Of a stretch of DNA of 64,000 nt, positions 63,105 to 64,000 are shown one piece after another. A program made the translations under genes and the position numbers. Where the stretch lies: assembly GCA_045586685.1 (NCBI GenBank), contig JAZNAU010000039.1, forward strand, positions 1 through 64,000, given 5' to 3'. Below the pieces are notes generated by a model. That model worked only from the letters and a program-made list of their open reading frames with translations. It was not told where the DNA came from and made no database searches. The stretch's first letter is position 1. Each line of letters begins with the position of its first letter. The stretch comes from Clostridia bacterium (GTDB lineage: Bacteria; Bacillota; Clostridia; HGM11514).

Positions 63105-64000
63105 TTAATTAGTCTCATATTCTTCTATGGCTTTTATTACCCTATCTTTTGCTTGTTCTAACGTCAGGTCTTCTAATTTTGTTCCTGCCGAAGTCTGATG
63201 ACCGCCTCCGCCAATTTTTTCCATAACCAGCTGTACATTTATTTCACCGCGGGAACGGGCGCTAACATGCACGTGCCCCTCATGAGGGCAGAGCACAAAG
63301 CTTGCCTGTATGGAATCAATGGTCAGCAATTCATCTGCCGTCATAGGCATAATTTGCATATCATCCTTACCCGGCAGACAATAGGTAATGGCATATTTTT
63401 GTTTATAAATATTGGCTTCTTCCACTGCTTCGGAAATCTTTTGATAGGTTTCCAGATCGGTACGGAACATATTTTGTACCTCAATGGGATCCGCTCCCTG
63501 ACGGCGTAAATAAGATGCTGCATCAAAGGTGCGTACGTTGGTTTTTACCGTAAAATTCTTAGTATCCAGTACAATTCCGCAAAGAAGAGCTTCAGCTTCT
63601 GCTTTGGAAAGTTTTAAGCCGTTTCCCACATACTGCAAAATTTCACTGACCATTTCACAGGTAGAAGACGCATAGGGTTCCTGATACATCAGCACAGGAC
63701 GGCTGATAAAATCTGCACTTCTGCGATGATGGTCAATTAGCACCACATGAGAAGACCGCTCCACAAGCTCAGGACATTCCACCAACGAAGGGCGGTGAAT
63801 ATCCACCACTACCAGCAACGTATTTTCCTGAATAAAATTTTTTGCATGAACCGGTTCCATCCAGATAGGGGGTAATTCCTTTTTTAAAGAACCAACCAGT
63901 TTTTTAACAGAGGAATTACATTCTCCTAAAATAATTCTTGCAGGAGTGTTCAGATGTCTTGCAATGGCACAAACTCCCAATGCCGCACCGATGCAGTCCG
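63105..64000 (-). CDS. gdpP: DHH/DHHA1 phosphodiesterase, GdpP-like (5' part outside window)
   Basis: IDHHRR, LDTKNF, GGGGH; upstream of rplI-dnaB as in other Firmicutes. Confidence 0.85.
   Translation of the reverse strand, partial: DCIGAALGVCAIARHLNTPARIILGECNSSVKKLVGSLKKELPPIWMEPVHAKNFIQENTLLVVVDIHRPSLVECPELVERSSHVVLIDHHRRSADFISRPVLMYQEPYASSTCEMVSEILQYVGNGLKLSKAEAEALLCGIVLDTKNFTVKTNVRTFDAASYLRRQGADPIEVQNMFRTDLETYQKISEAVEEANIYKQKYAITYCLPGKDDMQIMPMTADELLTIDSIQASFVLCPHEGHVHVSARSRGEINVQLVMEKIGGGGHQTSAGTKLEDLTLEQAKDRVIKAIEEYETN

Overview
Origin-of-replication region of a low-GC, spore-former-type Clostridia chromosome. Left arm (minus strand): rpmH-rnpA-yidD-yidC-jag-mnmE-mnmG-rsmG-noc-orf-parA-parB with two perfect parS sites, followed by a second, topo IV-like type IIA topoisomerase pair. 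Right arm: dnaA-oriC-dnaN-yaaA-recF-remB-gyrB-gyrA, tRNA-Arg(ACG), FMN riboswitch-ribU, a spo0A-family gene, fucI, an atypical hisD/hisB/HAD trio, an amino-acid ABC transporter, glnA, CIRCE-htpG, ftsK, EF-G2, aroA and a gdpP-rplI-dnaB-tilS-hpt-ftsH block. The most striking unexplained signal is a ~200-bp non-coding module present three times (134-348, 30164-30364, 30365-30569). It occurs only upstream of two atypical abrB paralogs. Each copy has its own sigma-A promoter, a long co-varying hairpin, a G-U-rich switch strand that can pair either with the hairpin loop (pseudoknot) or with the terminator (antiterminator), and an invariant intrinsic terminator. It is a candidate new riboswitch/attenuator class. 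Also notable are a detached DnaA-box cluster ~15.5 kb from oriC and the non-canonical HisD/HisB-like enzymes. All calls were made by eye from the sequence and ORF track; no database searches or folding programs were run.
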